A DNA stretch of 64,000 bases, taken from the NCBI GenBank assembly GCA_045112795.1, contig JBGUIG010000017.1, positions 18,323-82,322 on the forward strand. The letters are read 5' to 3'. The DNA comes from Anaerovoracaceae bacterium. GTDB lineage: Bacteria > Bacillota > Clostridia > Peptostreptococcales > Anaerovoracaceae. The position numbers were made by a program, and so were the translations under genes. A model generated the notes under the pieces. That model was not told where the DNA came from. It made no database searches and saw only the letters and a program-made list of their open reading frames with translations. Below, in pieces: positions 1 through 8,538 of the stretch (position 1 is the first letter of the stretch; the number at the start of each line of letters is the position of its first letter).

Positions 1-922
1 TGGCTGCAGCTGCAATATCGTCAGCTGTCATGCCGTATTTTTTGAGAAGTTCAGCCGGTTTGCCGGATTCGCCGAAAACATCGTGCTGACCTACCATTGC
101 GATTCTGCAAGGGCACTTCTGTGCAGTAACCTCAGCAACTGCGCCGCCGAGGCCTCCTATTACGGAGTGTTCTTCGACTGTTACGATGCCTTTGCACTCA
201 GAAGCTGCCTTGACAATGATTTCTTCATCGATCGGCTTGATTGTGTGCATATCGATAACGCGTGCGGTGATTCCTTCTTCTTCAAGTGTTTGTGCTGCTT
301 TCAGAGCATCTGCTACGAGGATACCGGTTGCGATGATTGCAACGTCACTGCCGTCTTTGAGAAGATATCCTTTGCCGATCTCAAGGTCTGCGTCCTCAGC
401 ATAAAGAGCCGGAACGCCGGCTCTTCCGAGTCTGATGTATGCCGGGCGGTTCTGCTCGAATTCCTGTCTGAGGAGAATCTTGGTGCTGACTCCGTCAGCA
501 GGATTCAGAACTACCATATCAGGCAGAACTCTCATCAGCGCGATATCTTCAAAAGTCTGATGCGATGCTCCGTCCTCGCCTACTGTGATTCCGCCGTGTG
601 TAGCGCAGATCTTAACATTCGCATGGGTGTGCGCAATTGAATTGCGGATGATCTCAAATGATCTTCCTGCAGCGAACATAGCAAAGGTGCTGGCTGCAAC
701 TACATGACCCGAGTGAGCAATACCTGCTGCTTCAGCATACATATCCTGCTCGGAAATACCTACTTCAACAAATCTCTCAGGGAAAGCTTTTTCAAATATA
801 TCTGTCTTGTTTGAGCCTGAAAGGTCAGCACTCATGGCTATGAGATCCTGTCTCTCTGCGCCGTATTCAGCAAGGAACTCGCCGTATGCCTGTCTTGTTG
901 CTACTTTCTTAACATCAGCCAT
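1..922 (-). CDS. transketolase, C-terminal subunit (partial; 3' end runs off the window)
   Basis: Manual minus-strand translation from the ATG at 922-920 gives MADVKKVATRQAYGEFLAEYGAERQDL..., and the frame stays open to position 1. The start overlaps the stop of the upstream N-terminal subunit gene (TAATG). It is missing from the ORF track only because it is open-ended at the window edge. Confidence 0.85.
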   Translation of the reverse strand, partial: MADVKKVATRQAYGEFLAEYGAERQDLIAMSADLSGSNKTDIFEKAFPERFVEVGISEQDMYAEAAGIAHSGHVVAASTFAMFAAGRSFEIIRNSIAHTHANVKICATHGGITVGEDGASHQTFEDIALMRVLPDMVVLNPADGVSTKILLRQEFEQNRPAYIRLGRAGVPALYAEDADLEIGKGYLLKDGSDVAIIATGILVADALKAAQTLEEEGITARVIDMHTIKPIDEEIIVKAASECKGIVTVEEHSVIGGLGGAVAEVTAQKCPCRIAMVGQHDVFGESGKPAELLKKYGMTADDIAAAA

Positions 923-1749
923 TACTTCTCACCTCCGAGTTCTTTGATTGCGGCTTCAAGCTGCTCGTCACTAGGAGCTTTGCCATGCCAGCCTGCCTGA
1001 TTCTCCATAAAAGAAACACCCTTGCCCTTGACGGTCTTCGCAACGATGCATACAGGCTTGCCCTTAACTGCCATAGCCTTCTCGTATGCATCAAGCAGAG
1101 CCTGCATATCATGTCCGTCACAGACAAATGCCTCCCAGCCGAAAGCTGCGAATTTATCATCAATCGGAGCAACCTTCTTGACTGTATCGACAACTCCGTC
1201 TATCTGCAGGTTGTTCCAGTCAACAACTGCGATGAGATTGTCAAGTCCGTGCTTTGCAGCTGAAAGAGCTGCCTCCCATATGATGCCTTCCTGCAGTTCA
1301 CCGTCACCTGTTACGACAAAGGTTCTGCGTGACTTGCCGTCAATCTTGTCAGCAATTGCCATTCCGACAGCTACAGAAAAACCCTGTCCTAGTGATCCTG
1401 TGGACATCTCTACGCCCGGGCAAAGTTCCATGCTTGGATGTCCCTGAAGTCTGGAGCCAAGCTTGCGGAGTGTAAGCAATTCAGAAGGATCAAAAAATCC
1501 TCTGTGCGCGAGAACCGAATACAGAGCCGGTGCAGCATGTCCCTTGGAAAGAATCAGTCTGTCTCTGCCTTCCATCTTCGGATCTTCAGGATTAACATTC
1601 ATAACATTGAAATAAAGTGAAACGAGTATATCGGTCACGGATAGCGACCCGCCCGGGTGTCCGGCACCTGCAGAATGGATGCCTCTGAGAGCATCGATCC
1701 TTACATCGCGGGCTATTTCTCTAAGCTCCTGTACAGTTTTCAAAATCAT
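922..1749 (-). CDS. transketolase, N-terminal (TPP-binding) subunit
   Basis: ORF 922..1785 contains GHPGGSLS, LILSKGHAAPALY and GSLGQG, typical of split clostridial transketolases. The likely start is MILKTVQEL at 1749, preceded by GGAGG, though the spacing is short. Starts at 1761 or 1785 remain possible. Confidence 0.85.
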   Translation of the reverse strand: MILKTVQELREIARDVRIDALRGIHSAGAGHPGGSLSVTDILVSLYFNVMNVNPEDPKMEGRDRLILSKGHAAPALYSVLAHRGFFDPSELLTLRKLGSRLQGHPSMELCPGVEMSTGSLGQGFSVAVGMAIADKIDGKSRRTFVVTGDGELQEGIIWEAALSAAKHGLDNLIAVVDWNNLQIDGVVDTVKKVAPIDDKFAAFGWEAFVCDGHDMQALLDAYEKAMAVKGKPVCIVAKTVKGKGVSFMENQAGWHGKAPSDEQLEAAIKELGGEK

Positions 1750-2029
1750 ACCTCCAGTCATGAAAACGAATATACACTTATTCATTAGTTCGGTAATTCA
1801 TTTTTACATACGCACCCACCGTAGTCAATGAAATTTGTCGGACATATTGGTAATTATTTTTCAACAGGCGGAATATTATTTTTATCTTGGAAGAACCGTG
1901 TATTATCTGCTGCCGATTCATAATACGTATGCGGCTTTCTCCGAAGTCCTGGCAATAAAACCTGCTAACAAAATTCAAGTACTAATTTGAATTTGCCAGC
2001 AGGTTTCTCTTTTGTAATTGTTGCACTAC

Positions 2030-2057
2030 AAAAAAGGAGACGTTGTTGTCTCCTTTT
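2030..2057 (-). terminator. rho-independent terminator after the ADP-ribosylglycohydrolase gene
   Basis: GGAGAC-gttgtt-GTCTCC hairpin (2036-2053). On the minus strand it is followed by TTTTTT (complement of 2030-2035). Confidence 0.6.
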
Positions 2058-2078
2058 CCCCTGTATCATTCATGTCTC

Positions 2079-2870
2079 TTAGTGCATTTTCTTCATGACT
2101 GCTGCGAGGTCTTCCGGCAGTCTCTTGTCGCATTCTTGTTTGAGGTCGTCTGGTACTCCGAAGAATGCTTCTGCTATGGCACCTGTCATGGCGCCTATGG
2201 TGTCGCTGTCTCCGCCAAGGGAGATCGCGTTTCTGATACAGTCTTCAAAATCGGTTCCTTCAAGGAATGCGATTATGGCTTCAGGCACGCTGCCGTTGCA
2301 TGAGACGTCAAATCTGTAGCCAGGTCTGATCCCGTCGCAGGTCCTGCCAAGGTCGTAGCCAAATTCTGTTTCGATGTACTGTTTGATCTCGTCTTTGCTG
2401 CTGCCAGTTCTGGCCAGGTAGACCGCTGACGCTATTGCTTCGGCGCCCATTATGCCCGCCGGATGATTGTGCGTGACCTCAGCCGTCCAGGCCGCGATCA
2501 GTCTGGTTTTGTGCATGTCATCGTACAGCCACCCTGCCGCCGAAACTCTCATCGCCGACCCGTTGCCCCAGCTAAAATAAGGCTCGCGGTCGCGTGTCAG
2601 TATCCACTGGCGGAAGTGGCCGCCGTAGCCGACGTTCGGATATCTGTTGCCAAATTCATGCATGCAGTCGATGATGAGGTCCTTCGTGGCCTTTTCGTCA
2701 TCCGAAACGCCGCGCTCATCCGCCTGGAGCAAAGCCTCCGCGATCGCAAGCGACATCACCGTGTCGTCCGAGAAATCCGAGTGCGCGCTGAAAAGCGGGA
2801 AATCCTTCCTCTTAATATTGTGCCATTCGTAAGGCCCGCCAATAATATCTCCAAGAACAGCTCCGTACAT
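2079..2870 (-). CDS. ADP-ribosylglycohydrolase family protein
   Basis: N-terminal GAVLGDIIGGPYEW, then FSDDTVMSLAIAEAL, and C-terminal GGDSDTIGAMTGAIAEA. These match the ARH/DraG-type metal-binding signature blocks. Confidence 0.85.
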   Translation of the reverse strand: MYGAVLGDIIGGPYEWHNIKRKDFPLFSAHSDFSDDTVMSLAIAEALLQADERGVSDDEKATKDLIIDCMHEFGNRYPNVGYGGHFRQWILTRDREPYFSWGNGSAMRVSAAGWLYDDMHKTRLIAAWTAEVTHNHPAGIMGAEAIASAVYLARTGSSKDEIKQYIETEFGYDLGRTCDGIRPGYRFDVSCNGSVPEAIIAFLEGTDFEDCIRNAISLGGDSDTIGAMTGAIAEAFFGVPDDLKQECDKRLPEDLAAVMKKMH

Positions 2871-2906
2871 AAATCTACCTCCATTTTGGGAGTCATCGCT
2901 CCCCCA

Positions 2907-4310
2907 TTATGCTAATGCTTCAATCCACCGGCCGCGGTACATTCTCACGAGGAAGATGCAGCCTCTGAAGCATAGTTCTATCATCATTGCGATCCAGTAA
3001 CCCCTGAGTCCGAGCATCGGCACCAGGAATATCGCTGGTATGATGCGGACGCACCACATGCTGACAAGGTTCATCACGCTCGGGGTCAGTGTGTCGCCGG
3101 CACCCCTGAACACGCCCGCGCAGCAGATCGACGCTCCGTACAGCGGCTCGGCAAAAAGCTCGATCCTCAGCACGCTGGTGCCGAGTTTTGCCGCCTCAGC
3201 GCTGCTAGTCAGGATGCCAAAAACCGCCGGCGCCGAAATGTACATCAGCACGCCCATGCAGCCCATCAGTATCATGCCGAGATAGACCGAGACCCGCGCA
3301 AAGCTCCTCGTCAGGTCAAAACGTTTTGCGCCGATCGTCTGTCCGATGATGGCCGTCGCCGCCGCGCCTATGCCGTAGCCCGGCATGTAGCAGAGGCTTT
3401 CCGCCGTGATGGCGAGCGAGTTCGCAGCCGTCGGGACCGTCCCCAGCTGTGCCACTATTATAGTGCCTGCGAGGTATGCACTGCAAATGAATATCTGATC
3501 GAACGAAAGCGGGATGCCGATCCTCGCCGCTGTGGCCATAATGCCTGGCTCCCATTTCCAGCTGCCGCCGCTGAGGAGGGAGATCTTGTTGTTGCGCGCG
3601 GCTATCATGTACAGCGCTGCGATCGATATTATGACCTCCGAGAGCGCCGTCGCGATCGCCGCGCCTCTCACCTCCAGGCCCGCGCCCGGGATCGTTACAA
3701 GGTGTCCCGCCAGGCTCACTTGCCGTGTCGGGAAGATCATCAGGAAATTCAGGATCACGTCCAGCAGGCAGATGATGGCAGACAGGATGCTCGGGGTCTT
3801 CATGTCGCCGGTGCTCTGCATCATTCCGCAGGCCAGCTGCCGCATGAGAATGAACGGCACCGACAGGCTGTAGACGAAGAAATACGCCGAAGCGCCCGGC
3901 CTGATCTCCTCCGCTCCTCCGAGCCATGCCGGGAGCAAGCCGCTGATCGCTGCGCACAGAGCCGCGATCACGAGACCCGCCAACATGGCGGTTTTGAGCC
4001 CCTGACGCAGCACATCCTCCGCCCGGCTTTCCCTTTTTGCGCCAATCAGATGCGCCACCTGGACATAGAAGCCCGCGGAGATGCCTATGCAGCTGCCGCC
4101 GATGAGCCAGGTCGTGGATGAGATCAGCCCGATCGAAGCAGTCGCCGCCGCGCCAAGACTTCCGACCATGCCCGCGTCGATGTACTGCATCGCGATCGAA
4201 GTGAACTGCGCGAGGATCGCCGGAAGGCTCATACGCAAAACGAGGCGCACCTTGTCGGAACGCCTCACCTCAGGCATATCAAGCACATTGTCGAGATTGA
4301 TCCGGTTCAC
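2907..4310 (-). CDS. MATE family efflux transporter
   Basis: 467 aa and polytopic (about 12 hydrophobic segments). The N-terminal LPAILAQFTSIAMQYIDAGMVGSLG block is typical of MATE/NorM proteins. Confidence 0.85.
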   Translation of the reverse strand: MNRINLDNVLDMPEVRRSDKVRLVLRMSLPAILAQFTSIAMQYIDAGMVGSLGAAATASIGLISSTTWLIGGSCIGISAGFYVQVAHLIGAKRESRAEDVLRQGLKTAMLAGLVIAALCAAISGLLPAWLGGAEEIRPGASAYFFVYSLSVPFILMRQLACGMMQSTGDMKTPSILSAIICLLDVILNFLMIFPTRQVSLAGHLVTIPGAGLEVRGAAIATALSEVIISIAALYMIAARNNKISLLSGGSWKWEPGIMATAARIGIPLSFDQIFICSAYLAGTIIVAQLGTVPTAANSLAITAESLCYMPGYGIGAAATAIIGQTIGAKRFDLTRSFARVSVYLGMILMGCMGVLMYISAPAVFGILTSSAEAAKLGTSVLRIELFAEPLYGASICCAGVFRGAGDTLTPSVMNLVSMWCVRIIPAIFLVPMLGLRGYWIAMMIELCFRGCIFLVRMYRGRWIEALA

Positions 4311-4348
4311 TTTGTCAAGTGGAGACAGAGAACCGTCCCTGTCTCCTT

Positions 4349-5065
4349 CTATTTTATTGTTATTTCCACGATGTTCGGCAGGTCGGCTTCCGGCTCGTAC
4401 CTGTATGTCATGTCGTGGACTACGTTCTTAAGCATTTCGTATGAGAGCGCGTCGTCGCTCTCTTCCGGGTCAAAGCGGCTGCCCGTGTATGAAACGGTGA
4501 GTTCTGTATCGCCTGTCTTCTCGGAATACACTGCGGTGAACTGCACTTCCCTGCCGGTGATCACTGGTTTGAGCTGCTGCAGCACCAGCTCCTCATACGC
4601 CAGCCTGATGCGGTATTTCGTGCGCGGCGGGATGTCGTTCTTAAGGCAGTAGCGGTCGATCTCTGCCATGTCCTTCTCAAAGTCTGAATCGCTCCCGATC
4701 CTGAGCAGCCTGACGCCGGTGTCGTACGCCTCCTGCCTGGACTTCTTAAGGATGTCTATCTGCGGCTTCATCACATTCTCGATCACGGTGAGATGCCCGA
4801 ACAGGTTGAAGGACTGGAAAACCATGCCCATTTTGCGCCTGGCGAGCGTCGGATCGTATCGAGGCGCCGTGATATCCACGCCGTCAAGAAGTATTTTACC
4901 GCCAGTCGGCCTCTCAAGCAAGTCTATGCAGCGGATCAAAGTGGATTTGCCCGTGCCCGAAGGTCCGATGATGGCGATCACGTCGCCGTCATTGATGACT
5001 GCATTCACATCGGCGAGAGGAGTGGAATTCTCGTATTTTTTCTCAAGATGGATCAGCTCGATCAT
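4349..5065 (-). CDS. ABC-type ATPase N-terminal half fused to an unrelated C-terminal region (atypical or degenerate)
   Basis: Walker A (GPSGTGKS) and Q-loop (MVFQSFNLF) are present. No LSGGQ signature, Walker B or H-loop appears anywhere in the 238 aa. The start overlaps the stop of the upstream permease (ATGA at 5062-5065). Confidence 0.6.
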   Translation of the reverse strand: MIELIHLEKKYENSTPLADVNAVINDGDVIAIIGPSGTGKSTLIRCIDLLERPTGGKILLDGVDITAPRYDPTLARRKMGMVFQSFNLFGHLTVIENVMKPQIDILKKSRQEAYDTGVRLLRIGSDSDFEKDMAEIDRYCLKNDIPPRTKYRIRLAYEELVLQQLKPVITGREVQFTAVYSEKTGDTELTVSYTGSRFDPEESDDALSYEMLKNVVHDMTYRYEPEADLPNIVEITIK

Positions 5066-6452
5066 GTTCTATCCACCCCCTTCAGAATGTCCTCGCGGGT
5101 CTTGCGCCTCGGGTCCGTGCGGAGCTCGATCATGTTGACCAGCTGTATCAGCAGCCCCGCCAGGATGAAGTATATTATGGCGACCGCTACCAGCGGGAAG
5201 AAAGCATCGTAAGTCCGGCTTCGCACGACGTCGGCCATTTTGGTGAGGTCCTGCACCGCCACGTAACCGACGACAGCCGTTGCTTTGATCAGAGAAGTGA
5301 CCTGCGCCTTAAAGGTCGGCATGAATGCGGCATGGCCTGCGGCAGGATTATTCGGTAGAAAGCGTTTCGGTCGGTGTAGCCAAGCGAGTACGCAGCCTCC
5401 ATCTGCCCCGCGTCGACAGCGCCGACGCCGGCTTTGAGCATGCTGTAGACCGCGGCCGCGAATATCAGGGTGAACGCGACGACAGAGACAGCCGTGCCGG
5501 ACATTCCGGCATCGCTGAACACTATATAGTAGAGGATCATCAGGAGAACGACGACCGGCATGCCCTGAATGAGCCACACTGCGAAACGAGTGGCCACATT
5601 GGCGATCCGGTAGCCTTTGCGGCAAAGCATGAACACGGCGAATCCCAGCATCGTCCCCAGCAGCACTGACAAAACCGTTATGAGGATCGTCGTGCCAATG
5701 CCCGACGCGAAGAGTTTCCACCGCCCCTCGCGAACGAACGTCTTATGGAAGCTTTCCCTGATATTCGAGAAAACACTGTTCCCATGCGCATCCGTCACCA
5801 TCACGCCAACTTCCCCGACGTACGTAGGCTCGGAGAACTCAATCGCCTCGCTGCGCTCCGGCGTTATGAAAAGATTGGCGAAAATACAATCTATGTCTCC
5901 GCTGTTTGCGGCAGGTATGATCCCGTCATAGTCATACACTTTGAACGTCAGGCTCGCATTCATCCAGACCGCAAATCTTCTGGCCAGCTCGATGTCGTAG
6001 CCTGTGAGACCTTCACCCGCGTAATATGTATAAGGAGGATTCGCCCCGGAAGTCCCCACCAAAAGTTCATACTCCGGGTTTTCAGCCTCAGGTATTTCCG
6101 GCATGGTATCTTCATGCCGTATGACCCAGCGCTCCCTCATGTCCTCGAGCGTTCCGTCTGCTTTGACCTCCCGCAGGAACTCATTGACCTTGTCCTTGAG
6201 GCCCGGCCTGTTCAGATCCTCCAGAGAAGTGATCCCACCGGAAGATACACTCCCGTCAGAACCACCGCCCGCACCATTGCCGGCGGCACTTTCCGCACCA
6301 CCGCCTGGGCCGCCGCCCGCGCTGCAGCCCGCAAGCACACACAGCGCAATAATCAGGCAAAACAAAAGCGCGAGCCTCGCCCTTCTCCCCCCAGAAGAAA
6401 CAGACGCGCCAGCAGATCTCAAATACATGCAATCCCTAACGACCTTGATCAT
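5062..6452 (-). pseudogene. amino-acid ABC transporter, fused substrate-binding/permease protein, with an apparent frameshift
   Basis: ORF 5289..6452 has a lipoprotein signal (LAGCS), substrate-binding-like blocks and permease helices, and ends ...IILPQAMPH before going out of frame. The conserved permease C-terminus (FMPTFKAQVTSLIKATAVVGYVAVQDLTKMADVV...) continues in the frame of ORF 5062..5721. The junction is at about 5321-5335. Confidence 0.6.
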
Positions 6453-6554
6453 AAAACCCTTTTTCGTACAATTGCTTGATTGACCAGATATTTACCCTCA
6501 CATTATACCACAAAAGCAGGAACCATGGAGACGAGAGATCACCCGCGGCAGAGA

Positions 6555-6626
6555 GATGATCTGAAGCAGAGAAAGGCGCCGCCCCGGAGACATGATCTGA
6601 AGCAGATAAAGGCGTCGCCCCGGAGA
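6555..6626. repeat. 2 x 36-nt tandem direct repeat in the ABC-operon upstream region
   Basis: GATGATCTGAAGCAGAGAAAGGCGCCGCCCCGGAGA (6555-6590) is followed by CATGATCTGAAGCAGATAAAGGCGTCGCCCCGGAGA (6591-6626), with 3 mismatches. Confidence 0.8.
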
Positions 6627-6720
6627 GAGGAAGAGGAGGCCTTGATACTTTTTCTCTCTATACAGGCTTGCGGTATCAAACCACGCGACTAGCATTGATA
6701 CTTTTAACCTCGCTGGGCAT

Positions 6721-6795
6721 ATGCGCCAAGTCTCCTTCTCTCCACATGCGGTAACTTGGCGCATTTCAAGGGCTGCGCCGGGCATTTGCGCCAAG
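6721..6795 (-). promoter_or_regulatory. three copies of a TGCGCCAAG element able to form mutually exclusive hairpins (possible leader structure)
   Basis: ATGCGCCAAGT (6721-6731) is the perfect reverse complement of ACTTGGCGCAT (6754-6764). A third direct copy, TGCGCCAAG, lies at 6787-6795, so the middle element can pair with either flank. Confidence 0.3.
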
Positions 6796-6991
6796 CCTCA
6801 GCCTTATACTGGTACCCATAAAATGGACACGAGCTGTACACAAGTTGCACCATTGAAAAACTTGGCTGTACCACATTGCCGGACTCGTTATTACAATAAA
6901 AAAGGGGTCGCCAGACCAACTGTATCCCTTATTATATAAAACAAGTGCAGCTGCAGAGATTGTTCTCTGTCAACTACACTTTTATGGTACT

Positions 6992-7030
6992 AAAAAGCGG
7001 GATCCGCACCATATTATGCAGATCCCGCCC
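6992..7030 (-). terminator. rho-independent terminator of mgtE
   Basis: GCGGGATC (6997-7004) pairs with GATCCCGC (7021-7028). A T-run follows on the minus strand (complement of 6992-6996), immediately downstream of the mgtE stop. Confidence 0.75.
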
Positions 7031-7046
7031 ATAATCATAATTAATA

Positions 7047-8444
7047 TCAGATATGCAGGAAGATTCCCGCCATAATGAAGTATGTGCAAAGCGATATCAT
7101 ATCCGTAATCGATGCCATCATCGGTCCTGCCATGAGCGCAGGGTCTATGCCGATTTTCTTAGCCAGCATCGGCAGCATAGAGCCTATCAGCTTGGCGATA
7201 ATTACGATGAGTATCATCGCGCAGCATACAGTCAGAGCAACAAGAGGCGGATTGTGGTCTAGGTACACAATTCTGAAATAGTTCAGAGCGCTGAGGCATA
7301 TACCTACGATTATTCCTACTCTGATCTCTTTCCACATGACTTTGATGAAGTCTTTCAGTTCGATCTCACCCGTTGCCATACCACGGATAATAAGTGTTGA
7401 TGACTGGGAACCTGAGTTACCGCCTGTACCCATCAGCATCGGCATGTAGATAACAAGCGCGATAACTGCCGACATGGCGTCTTCAAATCTCTGCAGGATT
7501 CCTCCGGTGATAAAGTATGAGCACATCAGCAGGAACAGCCACGGCAGTCTCGCTTTGACATGCTGGAATACCGACTGGTCGAGGTACTCTCTGTCTGATG
7601 TATCGATGATACCACCCATACGCTCGATATCCTCTGTCGCCTCTTCTTCGATGACGTCGAGGATGTCGTCTACGGTAACGATACCGACAAGCCTGAATTC
7701 ATTATCTACGACCGGAATAGCCAGATAACCGAACCTTGTGAACAGCTCGGATACCTCTTCCTGGTCGTCATCTACATGAGCAACTACCGGGTCGTCATGC
7801 ATAATATCCGATACGAGCAGATTGTCGTCAGAGATAACAAGTGACTTGAGTGAAACTACGCCGATCAGTTTGCGGCCTCTGTCAAGTACGTAGCAGGTAT
7901 ATATGGTCTCTGAGTCCAGACCCACTTCCTTGATGTGATCGAGCGCCTGTCTGACGGTATCATTCTTGCTGAGATTGATATAATACGGGGTCATCAGTGA
8001 TCCCGCACTGTCTTCCTTATACTTAAGGAAGGTGTTGATCATTTTCCGCTCACTCTTAGGCGTCTTGTCGAGGATCTTGTCTACGATGTTGGACGGAAGT
8101 TCCTCAAGTACGTCGATCATATCATCGAAGTCGAGCTCGTCAAGAATGTATTTAAGCTCGGGATCTGTGATAATGTCGATAATATCCAGTCTGTCGTCAG
8201 TGCTGAGTTCTGCAAAAACGTCAACGCTGACATCCTTAGGCAGTGCACGGAAGAGAACGACCATGCGCTGGAGATCGAATTTTCGTCGGATATCTACCAG
8301 CATTTCTGCGATTTCTACTTCGTTATGCTTGAGAAGCTCGTCTCTGCATCTGAAATACTTCTTCTCTTCAAGCAGCTCGAAGATTTTTTCCAGCGACTCA
8401 TCATAAGCCTGATCCATATCCAGGATGATATTGGTATTCTCCAT
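7047..8444 (-). CDS. mgtE: magnesium transporter MgtE
   Basis: 465 aa with an N-terminal acidic MgtE_N region, tandem CBS-like segments (LIGVVSLKSL, LVGIVTVDDILDVIEEE) and a C-terminal TM domain containing GTGGNSGSQSS. Confidence 0.93.
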   Translation of the reverse strand: MENTNIILDMDQAYDESLEKIFELLEEKKYFRCRDELLKHNEVEIAEMLVDIRRKFDLQRMVVLFRALPKDVSVDVFAELSTDDRLDIIDIITDPELKYILDELDFDDMIDVLEELPSNIVDKILDKTPKSERKMINTFLKYKEDSAGSLMTPYYINLSKNDTVRQALDHIKEVGLDSETIYTCYVLDRGRKLIGVVSLKSLVISDDNLLVSDIMHDDPVVAHVDDDQEEVSELFTRFGYLAIPVVDNEFRLVGIVTVDDILDVIEEEATEDIERMGGIIDTSDREYLDQSVFQHVKARLPWLFLLMCSYFITGGILQRFEDAMSAVIALVIYMPMLMGTGGNSGSQSSTLIIRGMATGEIELKDFIKVMWKEIRVGIIVGICLSALNYFRIVYLDHNPPLVALTVCCAMILIVIIAKLIGSMLPMLAKKIGIDPALMAGPMMASITDMISLCTYFIMAGIFLHI

Positions 8445-8538
8445 GGGTCTCTTCCTCCTTTCTGATTCTTATCTTCTGTGATGCATGAACAGTTCTCCTG
8501 CAGCGTATGCGCAGACGGGAACTGTTCTGCTGCTGTAT

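Noticed and set aside
83-640. Plus-strand ORFs (83..640, 186..404) at the left edge of the window.
   Set aside because: They are antisense to the open-ended transketolase C-terminal subunit gene, whose minus-strand translation is clearly homologous to transketolases. The plus-strand products are Cys/Ser-rich and have no motifs.
3316-3957. 213-aa Arg/Gly/His/Asp-rich minus-strand ORF and several plus-strand ORFs inside the MATE gene.
   Set aside because: These are alternative frames of a GC-richer membrane-protein gene. The composition is typical of out-of-frame translation, and the MATE frame explains the region.
8445-8538. Possible M-box (Mg) riboswitch or terminator in the ligA-mgtE spacer, which contains a 9-bp-stem hairpin (GAACAGTTC...GAACTGTTC, 8487-8527).
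   Set aside because: The spacer is only 94 nt, too short for an M-box of about 160 nt. The hairpin has no U-tract on either strand, so neither a riboswitch nor a canonical terminator call can be supported.
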